Below are positions 20,501 to 29,445 of a DNA stretch of 64,000 bases, in pieces. Below the pieces are notes generated by a model. The model did not search any database. It was not told the DNA's origin and saw only the letters and a program-made list of their open reading frames with translations. The position numbers and the translations under genes were made by a program. Positions within the stretch are counted from its first letter, which is position 1. The number at the start of each line of letters is the position of its first letter. Where the stretch lies: NCBI GenBank assembly GCA_019058275.1, contig JAHLVW010000045.1, positions 32,001 through 96,000 on the forward strand, read 5' to 3'. This DNA is from Candidatus Heimdallarchaeota archaeon. GTDB lineage: Archaea; Asgardarchaeota; Heimdallarchaeia; JABLTI01.

Positions 20501-21136
20501 ATTTCTTACACTTTCTTGTGCTTCTGACAATAATCTAGAGAATTTCTTTGACAATGGTTCTAGACTTCTAATAATATTAGCACAAGTTTCATCTGAACGA
20601 ACAGATGATTCTGCTAAGAATTCATTGGATGTTTGAGCAATTCTACCTAAATCTTTCAAATCCATTTCAACAGAAGCTAAAATACCACTAAAGGAAGCAT
20701 CCATGGCCATCTCTAAATCCTTAATATCCTCTTCAGAATGATCTGTTCGTTTTTGTCGTTCGCCTGCACTTGCTTCACGAACGTTTTTGATAGCATTTTC
20801 AGTGAAATTATTAACGACTTGAGTTGTTGCCTTGAGTTCGCTTTTACGAGCTTCTAAAGAATTGATTAGTCTATCAATAATACTCACAAACCGTGTTACA
20901 GGAAAGATTGCAACATAGCGTAGATCTTCTTCCCTATCACTTTGAAGAGGGCTAACTAACCCTCTCTCAATGAGGCGATCTAACATTGCAGGAACTCTTC
21001 CTTTTGATAAGTTACCTCGTTCAGCAATTTCTAAAACAGTGCTGGCACCGTAATTAGACAAAGCTGAGAAAATTCTTTTCTCATTTGCTGTTAAACGAGG
21101 TAATAATTCTAGTTTTTTCGCTTCCTTTACAGCCAT
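17543..21136 (-). CDS. TrmB-type winged-helix protein with ~1100-aa amphipathic helical/coiled-coil body
   Basis: N-terminal LTANEKRIFSAL...TVLEIAERGNLSKGRV...LDRLIERGLV...RYVAIFP; the rest is Pro/Gly-poor and helical. Confidence 0.7.
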   Translation of the reverse strand: MAVKEAKKLELLPRLTANEKRIFSALSNYGASTVLEIAERGNLSKGRVPAMLDRLIERGLVSPLQSDREEDLRYVAIFPVTRFVSIIDRLINSLEARKSELKATTQVVNNFTENAIKNVREASAGERQKRTDHSEEDIKDLEMAMDASFSGILASVEMDLKDLGRIAQTSNEFLAESSVRSDETCANIIRSLEPLSKKFSRLLSEAQESVRNKMETTVDARVSNVIDFETNANKAFDEVQDAFSKSQDAFEDIIFTVLDSGIEDLEKVTRPINDQIEQAINSLKEAIQEASNNFQTEILRVLTEQKRPMISCIEGLRPKTAKIANESTQKLNESLDTQFQELARLMETHTSIFGDAIEQLTLEFNGKVNTLLEQTKGNIAGAKVELEGLSSKYEQSAENNQEEKTNLTHRTANKTREVLNEMMELFIIILNHSVAQYQMDLSDLVARLETDFLYAVENHGAGVQNLVSFINMSLTEPINTLMANLEQLQDRIENDESAFLEKFDKVLTGDLMRISKGFDNETIKKEENFEKDIDRLIDKFDKEIDSNHDLLKNRLNSSQKRLQAIFKDFSNTHDKELKNTSKEVANLTRKLERWRGESVNLLTQQVNNKVDESMEVLSNEIDEIIDKIQSSEQVSEREIVNVVQQSYNDISKSFKGFGDNINNLLRKSLDEIGNTLKKDSLTINNRLVQFKKVQDKLIDETKRPSIKLIDEISDDYKDLYEKLIRRIERFFSEELESFNRNRREVGKSLENAVNRRGSRTSKEIESLKEVFEKARENYVKKTKDSFEDIEKTIARDVASLLNQEKNTRTTITNLTEKVVSDLANGVNSTAEVLRTNLWEGSEKIFGQAAAEINKQEIELNALDEKLKNDLIANNNELARLISNQIRTFEQKLSVLQESQIGNVYEFKNKFTLAIQENLENKLATLSQSNNELKQFNENVATELMNIIETDINRSVQELETKTSGIEGAIFSTVGNITAEAARKTEGVVVIGEQAVLGIEERYTESLESIRQNLTDEVITRIENESRRIEEYKIGFRDIGRNHLRTYGQAISNLNESLKQDLKEAEKAALKTISTCESFSCRFLKELDVEVNAMGDRVGLSTERLTKELLDGFNRVLQKVKREVALFARKQFVLSNRSNEEIAEVFLKSVDDLEEVMLKQIESFTKRTISSIDRNNNLSVVINDHIKEMTDSFKEINE

Positions 21137-21339
21137 AATTTACATCCTCTCGAATGTTATTTTTGATATAGATTCATCGTATTTTTTTAGGTAGAATAGC
21201 TAATTTATACATTATTTGTTACTAGGATATTGCTTTTATGATTTTGGTTCTAGAACAACTCTTTAAAGCATTTTATTGCTGAAATCATCAAAAATCATTA
21301 AAAGTAAGTATTTTTGACATAGAAATAAGGTTGTAATCT

Positions 21340-21416
21340 GGGCCGGTAGATCAGCCTGGCAGATCGTCTGTTTCGCATACAGGAGGCCGTGGATTCAAAT
21401 TCCGCCCGGTCCACCA
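21340..21416 (+). tRNA. tRNA-Ala(CGC)
   Basis: GGGCCGG/CCGGTCC acceptor with G3-U70, TCTGT-TT CGC AT-ACAGG anticodon arm, TTCAAAT, ACCA. Confidence 0.95.
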
Positions 21417-21471
21417 TTTAATTCCATTAATTTAACAAAATTTATTTTCAAAATTCCTAATTACTAGTATT

Positions 21472-21921
21472 ATGTCTAATGAAAACCTATTAATAAATAA
21501 AGCAAATCTCACTGATTTAGATGGAATTTTAGCATTACTGACAACTGTAAATTTACCAATAGAAGGAGTAAAAGAGCATTTAGATAATTTTCTAGTAGTG
21601 AAGGATTCAGGAGCTACTATGAAAGGTTGTATAGGATTGGAATTATACAAAGAACATGCTTTATTACGCTCAGCTGCAGTTCATCCTGAAAATCAAGGAC
21701 AAGGCATTGGAAAGAAACTCACAAAAGCAATTATTTCATTAGTTAAACAATTCGGGGTACAAAAGCTATACCTTATTACTGATACAGCAGAGCGATTTTT
21801 CCGTAAAGAAGGATTTGCTGTTGTTTCAAGAGATAAGATACCAGCCAGTGTGAAGGAATCGGTCGAATTCACTTTTAGTTGTGCCAAAACTGGAGTCTCT
21901 ATGATCAAGGAGCTAAAATAG
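21472..21921 (+). CDS. GNAT N-acetyltransferase (ArsN2-like)
   Basis: ALLRSAAVHPENQGQGIG acetyl-CoA motif, LYLITDTAERFF, SVEFTFSC. Confidence 0.8.
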   Translation: MSNENLLINKANLTDLDGILALLTTVNLPIEGVKEHLDNFLVVKDSGATMKGCIGLELYKEHALLRSAAVHPENQGQGIGKKLTKAIISLVKQFGVQKLYLITDTAERFFRKEGFAVVSRDKIPASVKESVEFTFSCAKTGVSMIKELK

Positions 21922-21943
21922 CAAAAAATAGATTCCAAATTTA

Positions 21944-22909
21944 TTAACCCAGTTGTTCTAATTGAAATGATCTAGCACCCAATTTGCTAATTGTTGTACT
22001 TGCAGTTCTTACACCTAATTGTGCTGCTTTTTTGATATCCTCGCTCTTCAAGAATTCATGTAAGAATCCAGCAGAAAAGGAATCACCTGCACCTGTTGTA
22101 TCCGCTACCTGTGTATTTATGGCAGACTCAAAATATTGTTTGCCTGAGGATGTTTTAATTAGTACTCCTTCTTCACCAAGTGTTAAAACAGCAATCTCAG
22201 AAAAATCTAACATATAGTCGAGTATCTCATTTCTTTCATTTTTTTGAGTAAAGACTTTTCCTTCATGTAGATTTGAAAAAAGTATTTGTGGTGGGTGTTT
22301 CTTCATCATTTTCTGCAAAATGGGTCTATCATTTTCAATTACTGCATAAGCTGCTAAATCAAAAGTTGTCTTTTTTGATTCTTCAAAGATTTTCCATAAT
22401 GCTTCTACAGACTTTGTAATCAGATACCCCTCAATATGAACAGTATCAGCACTTTGAACTATTTTTTCATCAACCATCTCAGCAGGAAGAATATCTGATG
22501 CTCCTCTATAAACAATAAAAGCTCTATCTTTATTGGGGGTGATTAACGAAAGTAATTGTCCAGTAGAGTTTTCTTTGTCAATAATGCTATGTGTTTTTAC
22601 ATCCTCATTTCTAAGTATTTCCATATATTCTCTACCATCATCATCATCTCCGTGTTTCCCGTAAAAACTTGTGTTAGAACCTAATTTGGCCATGTTTGAC
22701 ATGACATTTGCACAACTACCACCTGAATTCTTTATAATGTCCTTATCTAATTCTGATAGCTTTTTAGCTATGAAATCAATAGTAGTTTTATCTACGACTC
22801 GATGCCCACCAACTTCCATGTCTATTTCCTTAAGAAAAGAAAAATCAACGTAAACAGATAAATCCCAAAGTACTTGACCAAAACCCAACACTTGTTTCAT
22901 TGAAATCAA
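21944..22909 (-). CDS. PfkB family carbohydrate/nucleoside kinase
   Basis: SGGSCANV, TLGEEG, DTTGAGDSFSAGFL. Confidence 0.88.
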   Translation of the reverse strand: MISMKQVLGFGQVLWDLSVYVDFSFLKEIDMEVGGHRVVDKTTIDFIAKKLSELDKDIIKNSGGSCANVMSNMAKLGSNTSFYGKHGDDDDGREYMEILRNEDVKTHSIIDKENSTGQLLSLITPNKDRAFIVYRGASDILPAEMVDEKIVQSADTVHIEGYLITKSVEALWKIFEESKKTTFDLAAYAVIENDRPILQKMMKKHPPQILFSNLHEGKVFTQKNERNEILDYMLDFSEIAVLTLGEEGVLIKTSSGKQYFESAINTQVADTTGAGDSFSAGFLHEFLKSEDIKKAAQLGVRTASTTISKLGARSFQLEQLG

Positions 22910-22933
22910 AACTAGTTAAAGATAGTATTTAAT

Positions 22934-23158
22934 TTACTTTTCCTTCTTTAGTAAATAATCCGCAACTTCTCGAGCCCAATTTCCTATAGGAATTTCTTGA
23001 TTATTAACCATTCTCGTGAGATATTCTTTCCAGCTTAATTTCCCATAAGCTTTTTGCCAATCTTTGAACCGATTCTCGAGGTTCTTCTTAGCAATACTAT
23101 GCGCATCACAATAACTTCCTTTTTCAATAGTTGATTTACAGACAACACATTGTTTCAT
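22934..23158 (-). CDS. Small Zn-finger protein coupled to topA
   Basis: CVVC...YCDAH; starts 3 nt after the topA stop. Confidence 0.65.
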   Translation of the reverse strand: MKQCVVCKSTIEKGSYCDAHSIAKKNLENRFKDWQKAYGKLSWKEYLTRMVNNQEIPIGNWAREVADYLLKKEK

Positions 23159-23161
23159 AGT

Positions 23162-25309
23162 TTATTCCTCTGTGTCTTCGATAATAGTCTCCAGTGCTTC
23201 AGCCTTATTACTCTCATAGTTTTCTAGAACCTCTAATGGAGTTCCTGAACAATTTAACCAATTTGGGCATATCGTGTATGGTCTCTTACCTTTCTTTCGT
23301 ATGGTTATCATCGGAAAACCACAATGTTTGCAATTCTTTTTAGCAGGAATAGCATAGCCAGACTGTGGAATTGGTGCGCTCCAATCACATAATTTCTTGT
23401 AATAACCAGTACATCCTACAAATCTTTTCTTAGTTCTAATCGATCTTGTAACTATTAATTCTCCTTGCTTGCAAACAGGACAAAGACCTAACATACGCTG
23501 TCTTTGTTTCAAATTCTGAACTTGCTCTTGTAGTGCTACACCAATTATCTTCTCTTTCTTGTAGAAGCTCTCAAGGATGTTCTTTAACTGCTTAATCGAT
23601 TCCATTAGCACAATTTCTCTATCTTTCTCTCCAGTAGCGATGCTTTCCATATCCTTTTCTAAGTCTCTTGTTAATTCAATAGAAATAATATCTGGACTAT
23701 TTTTCTCGAGAGTATCAATTACAGCAAACCCTAAATCAGTAGCATTTATGCTTTCATCTTCAATATATCCTCTGGAATATAAAATATCAATAATTGATGC
23801 TCGAGTCGCTTTTGTACCAAGCTCTTCCTCCTCCATTTTCTTTAGCAAGGAATTCGGATTATAACGAGCTGGTGGTTGTGTGTAGCTTTGTTTGTGAATA
23901 ATGCTTGCAAATTTTACTTTCTCTCTCTCAGCAAGATCAGGCAATTCAACTTCATCTACTTTCCCAAAAGGAGCATAGAATTCCAACCATCCCTTTTTGA
24001 GAACCTTCATACCACGTAGATGGAAAATATGACCATTGAAATCAATATCCAATCGAAGACTTTTCTTAACGGCTGGAGGTCCAAAAATTGCTAGGTATCT
24101 GCACACTATTAACTTGTAAACATTTTGTGCATCAGAGCTCAAACTTGCAGCTGGTCGTTTACCAGTTGGATGTATTGGTGGGTGCGCAAGATCCTTCTTC
24201 TTACCAAAAGTAGGTTTCAATTTGGATAAACTCAGAAGCTTATTCGCTCGATCGCTATAGAGACCAATTTTTGCAAGATTTTTCAATATTGGTTTATGAT
24301 TTATCGAAGCAGCAAATTGCTGACTTCCAGTTCGTGGGTAAGAAATAAGTGCATTAAGATACAAGGATTCAGCAGCTCGTAGAGTTCTGCTAGGAGAATA
24401 ACCAAAGTAACGATATGCTTCTGATTGTAATGAGCCTAAATTAAATGGTAAAGGAGGATTCTGTGTCAGCTGTCTACTAGAGATTTTGCTAACAATACCT
24501 TCAGAACCTTTAGTATCATTAACTATTTTATCAGCTTCAGTAAGGGTTGGAACAAATTTCTTATTATATTCAAGTTGAACATCTTCACCTTCAAGGACAA
24601 TTCTTGCATCAATTGCCCAACGTGGTATAGGTACAAAGGTCTGAATGTTTCTTTCTCTGTCTGCTACAAATTTCAAAGTAGGACCTTGAACTCGTCCAGT
24701 TGAGATTAGCTTATACCTCCCAGTGGAGTGTTTAATTGAAAGTGTAAGAGCTCGTGTCAAATTAATACCAAATAGCCAATCAATTTCATGACGAGTAAAA
24801 CCTGCATGAGCAAGATTGATGTCAATAGTTGGATTAAGATTTTCAAAAGAACTAACAATGTCCTCCTTAGTCAAAGTAGAAAATTTCATTCGTTTGACTT
24901 CAGTTAATTCCTTATTACATGCATATTTTGCTATTGCTGCTCCAATAACTTCTCCCTCTAAATCATAATCAGTAGCTATAATTACCCCATCAATATCCCT
25001 ACTGTATTTCTTGAAAGCAGCAATAAATGGTCTAGTTTTATTCTTGGGATTGTTCAAGTAAGAAGGAACCCATTTGTAACTGAAAGCTGGATAATGCCAA
25101 CCACCAATGGAATCCTCAACAGTAGAGTAAAGATGTCCAAGAGCAGGAATGACAAAAATAGTATCACCATTTCTCCTGCACTCATAAACAGGAACTTTTG
25201 CTAAGTTTCTAGGATTTGGTAGTTTCCTTGGTTTGCCTGCTTGATCAAGTGCCACAGCTATTCTTTTGGCAGCAGTTGGCTTTTCAGAAATACAAAGGTA
25301 ATTGGACAA
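23162..25309 (-). CDS. topA: DNA topoisomerase IA (archaeal type) with C-terminal Zn ribbons
   Basis: ISEKP, ALGHL, ATDYDLEGE, STGRVQGPTL, ISYPRT (catalytic Tyr), LGTKATR, CPVC/CKHC. Confidence 0.93.
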   Translation of the reverse strand: MSNYLCISEKPTAAKRIAVALDQAGKPRKLPNPRNLAKVPVYECRRNGDTIFVIPALGHLYSTVEDSIGGWHYPAFSYKWVPSYLNNPKNKTRPFIAAFKKYSRDIDGVIIATDYDLEGEVIGAAIAKYACNKELTEVKRMKFSTLTKEDIVSSFENLNPTIDINLAHAGFTRHEIDWLFGINLTRALTLSIKHSTGRYKLISTGRVQGPTLKFVADRERNIQTFVPIPRWAIDARIVLEGEDVQLEYNKKFVPTLTEADKIVNDTKGSEGIVSKISSRQLTQNPPLPFNLGSLQSEAYRYFGYSPSRTLRAAESLYLNALISYPRTGSQQFAASINHKPILKNLAKIGLYSDRANKLLSLSKLKPTFGKKKDLAHPPIHPTGKRPAASLSSDAQNVYKLIVCRYLAIFGPPAVKKSLRLDIDFNGHIFHLRGMKVLKKGWLEFYAPFGKVDEVELPDLAEREKVKFASIIHKQSYTQPPARYNPNSLLKKMEEEELGTKATRASIIDILYSRGYIEDESINATDLGFAVIDTLEKNSPDIISIELTRDLEKDMESIATGEKDREIVLMESIKQLKNILESFYKKEKIIGVALQEQVQNLKQRQRMLGLCPVCKQGELIVTRSIRTKKRFVGCTGYYKKLCDWSAPIPQSGYAIPAKKNCKHCGFPMITIRKKGKRPYTICPNWLNCSGTPLEVLENYESNKAEALETIIEDTEE

Positions 25310-25505
25310 GTTCTTTCCTTCTTTCGCTCACATTAATGCATGAATAATTAATTGCTTTCAATTAAAAAATCATTCACTCATATTTTTAAAATGAAGTACT
25401 ATCACTTCAAAAAAATAATAAAATAGATAGTATTAAACCCCTTCTAAAGCAATTTTAAAAGCAAAGAGAGTTATATCATACAAGAGATTTTGACTAAAAA
25501 TTAAG

Positions 25506-26606
25506 GTGTTCCAAAAAATGGGTGATGATGTAGTTCACTTAAAAGTAGAAATACTTCAAGATTTTATGCGAGATGTATTTATTGGTCTAGGTGCGCCAGA
25601 AGAAGATGCGAAAATTTGTGCTGATGTGCTTATAGCTTCTGATCTTAGAGGGATAACTTCACATGGCGTTCAACGACTGAAAATGTATTATGACCGTATT
25701 AAACTGGGATTAATAAATCCTGAAACAAACATAACAATAGTTAAAGAAAGTCCTACAACTGCAACCTTTGATGCAGGTCATGGATTGGGTCATGTTGTAT
25801 CTTACAGAGCAATGGAATTAGCTATTAAAAAAGCTGAGGAGTATGGAACTGGCGCTGTAGCTGTAGGAAATTCCACACATTATGGTATAGCCGGCTATTA
25901 TCTAATTATGGCTTGTAAAAAAGGAATGATTGGATTATCAATAACAAATGCAAGACCATCAATTGCTCCTACGTTTGGAATTGAACCAATGATGGGAACA
26001 AATCCATTAACATTCGGAATGCCAACAGATGAAGAATTTGATTTCATACTAGATTGTGCAACATCAATAACCCAAAGAGGAAAAATAGAAGTTTTTTCAA
26101 GAACTGAAACTCCCATACCAGAAGGTTGGGTAATAGATAAAGATGGTAAATTGGCAACTGATCCAGTGGAAATTTTAAAACAACTAAAAGATGGTACAGC
26201 TGCTTTACTCCCTTTGGGAGGAGCAGGTGAAATAACTGGTGGGCATAAAGGATATGGTTACTCAGTAATCGTAGAGATGCTATCATCAGCATTATCTGGA
26301 GGACCATTTTTGAAAGACTTGACATTAGATAAGGGTTGGAAGATTGGTCATTTCTTCCTTGCAATAGATGTCTCCAAGTTTATCTCAGTTGATATTTTCA
26401 AGAAGATAACAGGTGATATTTGTAGAACGCTAAGGAATTCAAAGAAAGCACCAGACCAAGAGAGAATATATACAGCTGGAGAAAAGGAATATGAAATGGA
26501 ACAGAAGATAGCAAAAACTGGAGTACCGTTAAATAAAAGTCTACAAAACGATCTATTGACAATGAAGAAAGAACTTGGTTTAGAACAATACAAATTTCCT
26601 TTCTGA
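25506..26606 (+). CDS. Ldh_2 family oxidoreductase (malate/L-lactate/sulfolactate dehydrogenase-like)
   Basis: ADVLIASDLRGITSHG, NSTHYG, GTNP, GHKGYG. Confidence 0.85.
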   Translation: MFQKMGDDVVHLKVEILQDFMRDVFIGLGAPEEDAKICADVLIASDLRGITSHGVQRLKMYYDRIKLGLINPETNITIVKESPTTATFDAGHGLGHVVSYRAMELAIKKAEEYGTGAVAVGNSTHYGIAGYYLIMACKKGMIGLSITNARPSIAPTFGIEPMMGTNPLTFGMPTDEEFDFILDCATSITQRGKIEVFSRTETPIPEGWVIDKDGKLATDPVEILKQLKDGTAALLPLGGAGEITGGHKGYGYSVIVEMLSSALSGGPFLKDLTLDKGWKIGHFFLAIDVSKFISVDIFKKITGDICRTLRNSKKAPDQERIYTAGEKEYEMEQKIAKTGVPLNKSLQNDLLTMKKELGLEQYKFPF

Positions 26607-26659
26607 TGCTTGCCCATTTCCAAATTATAACAAGATCCAAACAATTGATGTGATGAAAA

Positions 26660-26917
26660 ATGTCTGAATGCTACATTTGTGGTAGAGAAGGAATAGCTAA
26701 ATGCTCAGTTTGCCATAAATCAATATGCAAAGTACATACAGAAGATGAGAAAGGAAAAATAATCGAAGAAAGTCTGATAAGCAAATTAATTTGCACTAGC
26801 TGTTTGAAAAAAAAGCGGTTAAATAGAATTCAAATCTATCTCTTTGTATGCTTTATTGTAATAGTTGTGGGAATAACTATAGGAATAATAGTAGTAGGTC
26901 GACAATTGTGGTGGTAA
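26660..26917 (+). CDS. Small Zn-finger protein with C-terminal transmembrane tail
   Basis: CxxC-x7-CxxC-x4-CxxH...CxxC followed by a hydrophobic helix at the extreme C-terminus. Confidence 0.65.
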   Translation: MSECYICGREGIAKCSVCHKSICKVHTEDEKGKIIEESLISKLICTSCLKKKRLNRIQIYLFVCFIVIVVGITIGIIVVGRQLWW

Positions 26918-26933
26918 GGAAGAGGAATTTTTT

Positions 26934-27425
26934 TTATAGACTAATTACCGCTTTCTTAGCTTCCTTTCCAGACATAGCTTCAATGTCAATTCGACCTATA
27001 GTTACTCGAGAAACTGATTTTTCAGTAAGCTGCTTTTTAGCTACCTCATCAGGATTTTCTTCCAGTTTTTTAATCATATTCAGAAGCGCTTCCTTCTTTT
27101 CATCGAAACTATCAATAAACGAAACTGTTCCAACAAACTGAGTTGTAGCATAAAGATGATCACATTTACCTTGCACGTAACCTTTGTCAATCAATGCTTG
27201 TCCCCAAACAACATTATTAGCATTTAAGATGTCAATTTTCTTTCCTTCTCTAGCACAATGAAAATAAATACAGTTTTTATCAGGATCATAACCATGACTA
27301 AGAGTAACAAGATAAGGTTCATTATCTTTACACATAGCAATAGTTATGTGGTCTGCTAGTTGAATGATTTTCTTCATTTCTTCAGTACTTTCAATTGCTT
27401 TTTCCTTTCTTCTAATACCTTTCAT
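26934..27425 (-). CDS. Pyridoxamine 5'-phosphate oxidase-like flavin-binding protein (NimA family)
   Basis: IRRKEK start, PYLVTLSHGY, IYFHCAREGKK, MSGK end. Confidence 0.85.
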   Translation of the reverse strand: MKGIRRKEKAIESTEEMKKIIQLADHITIAMCKDNEPYLVTLSHGYDPDKNCIYFHCAREGKKIDILNANNVVWGQALIDKGYVQGKCDHLYATTQFVGTVSFIDSFDEKKEALLNMIKKLEENPDEVAKKQLTEKSVSRVTIGRIDIEAMSGKEAKKAVISL

Positions 27426-27466
27426 GAATTTTAACCTCTTCTAGATTAGAAAACCTGATAATTATT

Positions 27467-28792
27467 TCAGGATTCTAATATTCTCTTTATAACATTTTCA
27501 GAAATTTGTATTATTCTATCTTTATCATGTTTAGATTCCATATAATGAAAATGAAAAAACATCTTCTTTCTCAAAGTGAAAACAATAACTGTCATAGCAT
27601 CAAGTGTGTTTGAAATTGCGGCATTAAATGAATCAACAGAATATTTCTCTGATTCTAAAGCTATCCCCAATTTATCTAAAGATCTAAGATTAGTAATTGC
27701 AAAAGGATCCTGTCTGCTAACAATGTCAGTATATAATAATCCAAGTGTTTCTAAAGTTGTTAGAGAAATTGTTTTGTTTAATATTCTGTTAATGCTAAAG
27801 ACCTTCCTATCACGTAAATTCCAAATCAATTTTCTTTGGTAACGTTTTGCGTTTTCCCAAAACCCATTTCTCTTATGATATTTTGTTGTAAATACAGTAC
27901 CACCAGCATATAGGCCAAATGATTCTCCAATAGGATAGTTCAATCGATTTCTTAGATCGACAGGATTGTTAATTGTCGAAATATCGGGAAGAAATGCAGT
28001 GCAAATTGCACTATGAACAGAAATTCTTCTATCCTTACATTTCTTTAAGAATTCTTTAGTTTGACTTTCAGAAAGATTCCAAGAATGAATTTGTAAATCA
28101 TCATGCTTTGAATTCTTATTTTCTTCTAATTCTTTTCTTCGTCTTCCAAATCCAAAAATAAAGAAATGATAAACTTTCAATAATGCAAGCATAATTTTAG
28201 ACCGAGTAGAAGTTTTAGGAATTGTCCTTCTAACTTTAGGAGGAAAAATATCTTCCTTTTTTGTGGGTGTATCAAGAACAACTACTTTCTCTGTGGGATT
28301 ATTTAGATATTTAATAATATCTCGAATGAGAAATGCCATAGACATTCCATCTGTTACTGTATGCTGACAGCACAAAACTAGATCAGTATTTTGATTAGCA
28401 AACAATAAGGAAACACGGAATAGTGGTAATACCTTACTTTCTAAATTAAAAGGTGTTACTAACTGCTTATGGAATTCCTTTAAGGTATCACCTTCATTTT
28501 TACGTTCAATAATAGAAATAGGTATTGACACAACACCTTCTGAAGTAAAACAGGGAATCTCTTGGATATTAAATTCAATTCTGGCTTTTAGTAAAGGATG
28601 TCGATGTTGAACTTTCGATAGAACTTTTTCAAGAAGATCAATTGTTAATTTACCTTGTATACGAAGGATAACAACTAAATTGTAAGGCTGTCCTATTGCA
28701 AAATTAAGATATTCTAATTCATTTAGTTCTCGCTTCATTTGTATAACACTAACGATATTCATAGAATAAATCTTTTCTCTATTGATAAACAT
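27467..28792 (-). CDS. Stand-alone condensation-domain acyltransferase (PapA5/alcohol acetyltransferase-like)
   Basis: RHPLLKARI, CCQHTVTDGMS (HxxxDG), PVDLRNRL. Confidence 0.75.
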   Translation of the reverse strand: MFINREKIYSMNIVSVIQMKRELNELEYLNFAIGQPYNLVVILRIQGKLTIDLLEKVLSKVQHRHPLLKARIEFNIQEIPCFTSEGVVSIPISIIERKNEGDTLKEFHKQLVTPFNLESKVLPLFRVSLLFANQNTDLVLCCQHTVTDGMSMAFLIRDIIKYLNNPTEKVVVLDTPTKKEDIFPPKVRRTIPKTSTRSKIMLALLKVYHFFIFGFGRRRKELEENKNSKHDDLQIHSWNLSESQTKEFLKKCKDRRISVHSAICTAFLPDISTINNPVDLRNRLNYPIGESFGLYAGGTVFTTKYHKRNGFWENAKRYQRKLIWNLRDRKVFSINRILNKTISLTTLETLGLLYTDIVSRQDPFAITNLRSLDKLGIALESEKYSVDSFNAAISNTLDAMTVIVFTLRKKMFFHFHYMESKHDKDRIIQISENVIKRILES

Positions 28793-28823
28793 TATATGAA
28801 AGAATAAAAAAAAGAAATCTGAA

Positions 28824-29438
28824 TTATAGTTTATAACTCAGACCTTTCTCGAAAGCCTTAAGGTTGACTTCAACGTATTTTGGTGGAAGAATAGCCTTCA
28901 TACCATCAATGATTTGCTCTTTTGAGATAGGAAGAATATCTGTGTTAGCTACAAGAGCACCTATAAGAATCATGTTCATAGTTCGGTTAACACCAAGCTC
29001 TTGAGCATCACTTTGAGCAGGAACCATGAGTACATTAGGGGTCACTCGCTTAAGATCAGCTTCGATCTCTTCTAAAGAGGGATACTTGATTTCACCCTTT
29101 GAATGCCTAACTGCAAGAGGTTGGTAGGTAGTAGTGTTTATAACAACAATACCATTTTCTCTTAGTTTTGGAAGTGATCTAACAGATTCAAGGGCTTCTA
29201 GAGCTATAAGGACATCTGCTTCTCCAATAGTACATTGAGGTGACTCAGTAGGATCATAACCAATAGCAAGGTCAGAAACAACAATTCCTCCTCTTTGAGC
29301 TAAACCATGAGTTTCCATGGTCATAACTGATAAACCAGCAAGCTTAGCAGCAGTGGCTAATACTCGACTAGTGGAACCAATGCCTTGTCCACCCATTCCG
29401 GTTACATGAACTTTCAGTGTTTTTCTAGTCATTTTCAT
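28824..29438 (-). CDS. iorB: Indolepyruvate:ferredoxin oxidoreductase beta subunit
   Basis: GMGGQG, ETHGLAQRGG, NMILIGA, NLKAFEKG. Confidence 0.9.
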   Translation of the reverse strand: MKMTRKTLKVHVTGMGGQGIGSTSRVLATAAKLAGLSVMTMETHGLAQRGGIVVSDLAIGYDPTESPQCTIGEADVLIALEALESVRSLPKLRENGIVVINTTTYQPLAVRHSKGEIKYPSLEEIEADLKRVTPNVLMVPAQSDAQELGVNRTMNMILIGALVANTDILPISKEQIIDGMKAILPPKYVEVNLKAFEKGLSYKL

Positions 29439-29445
29439 AGCACCT

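Noticed and set aside
17595-20636. Numerous plus-strand ORFs (and similar short antisense ORFs across the window)
   Set aside because: Shadow frames of longer, motif-bearing genes on the opposite strand
21417-21943. GNAT gene after tRNA-Ala as another tRNA cassette
   Set aside because: No duplicated tRNA-Ala 3' end found downstream
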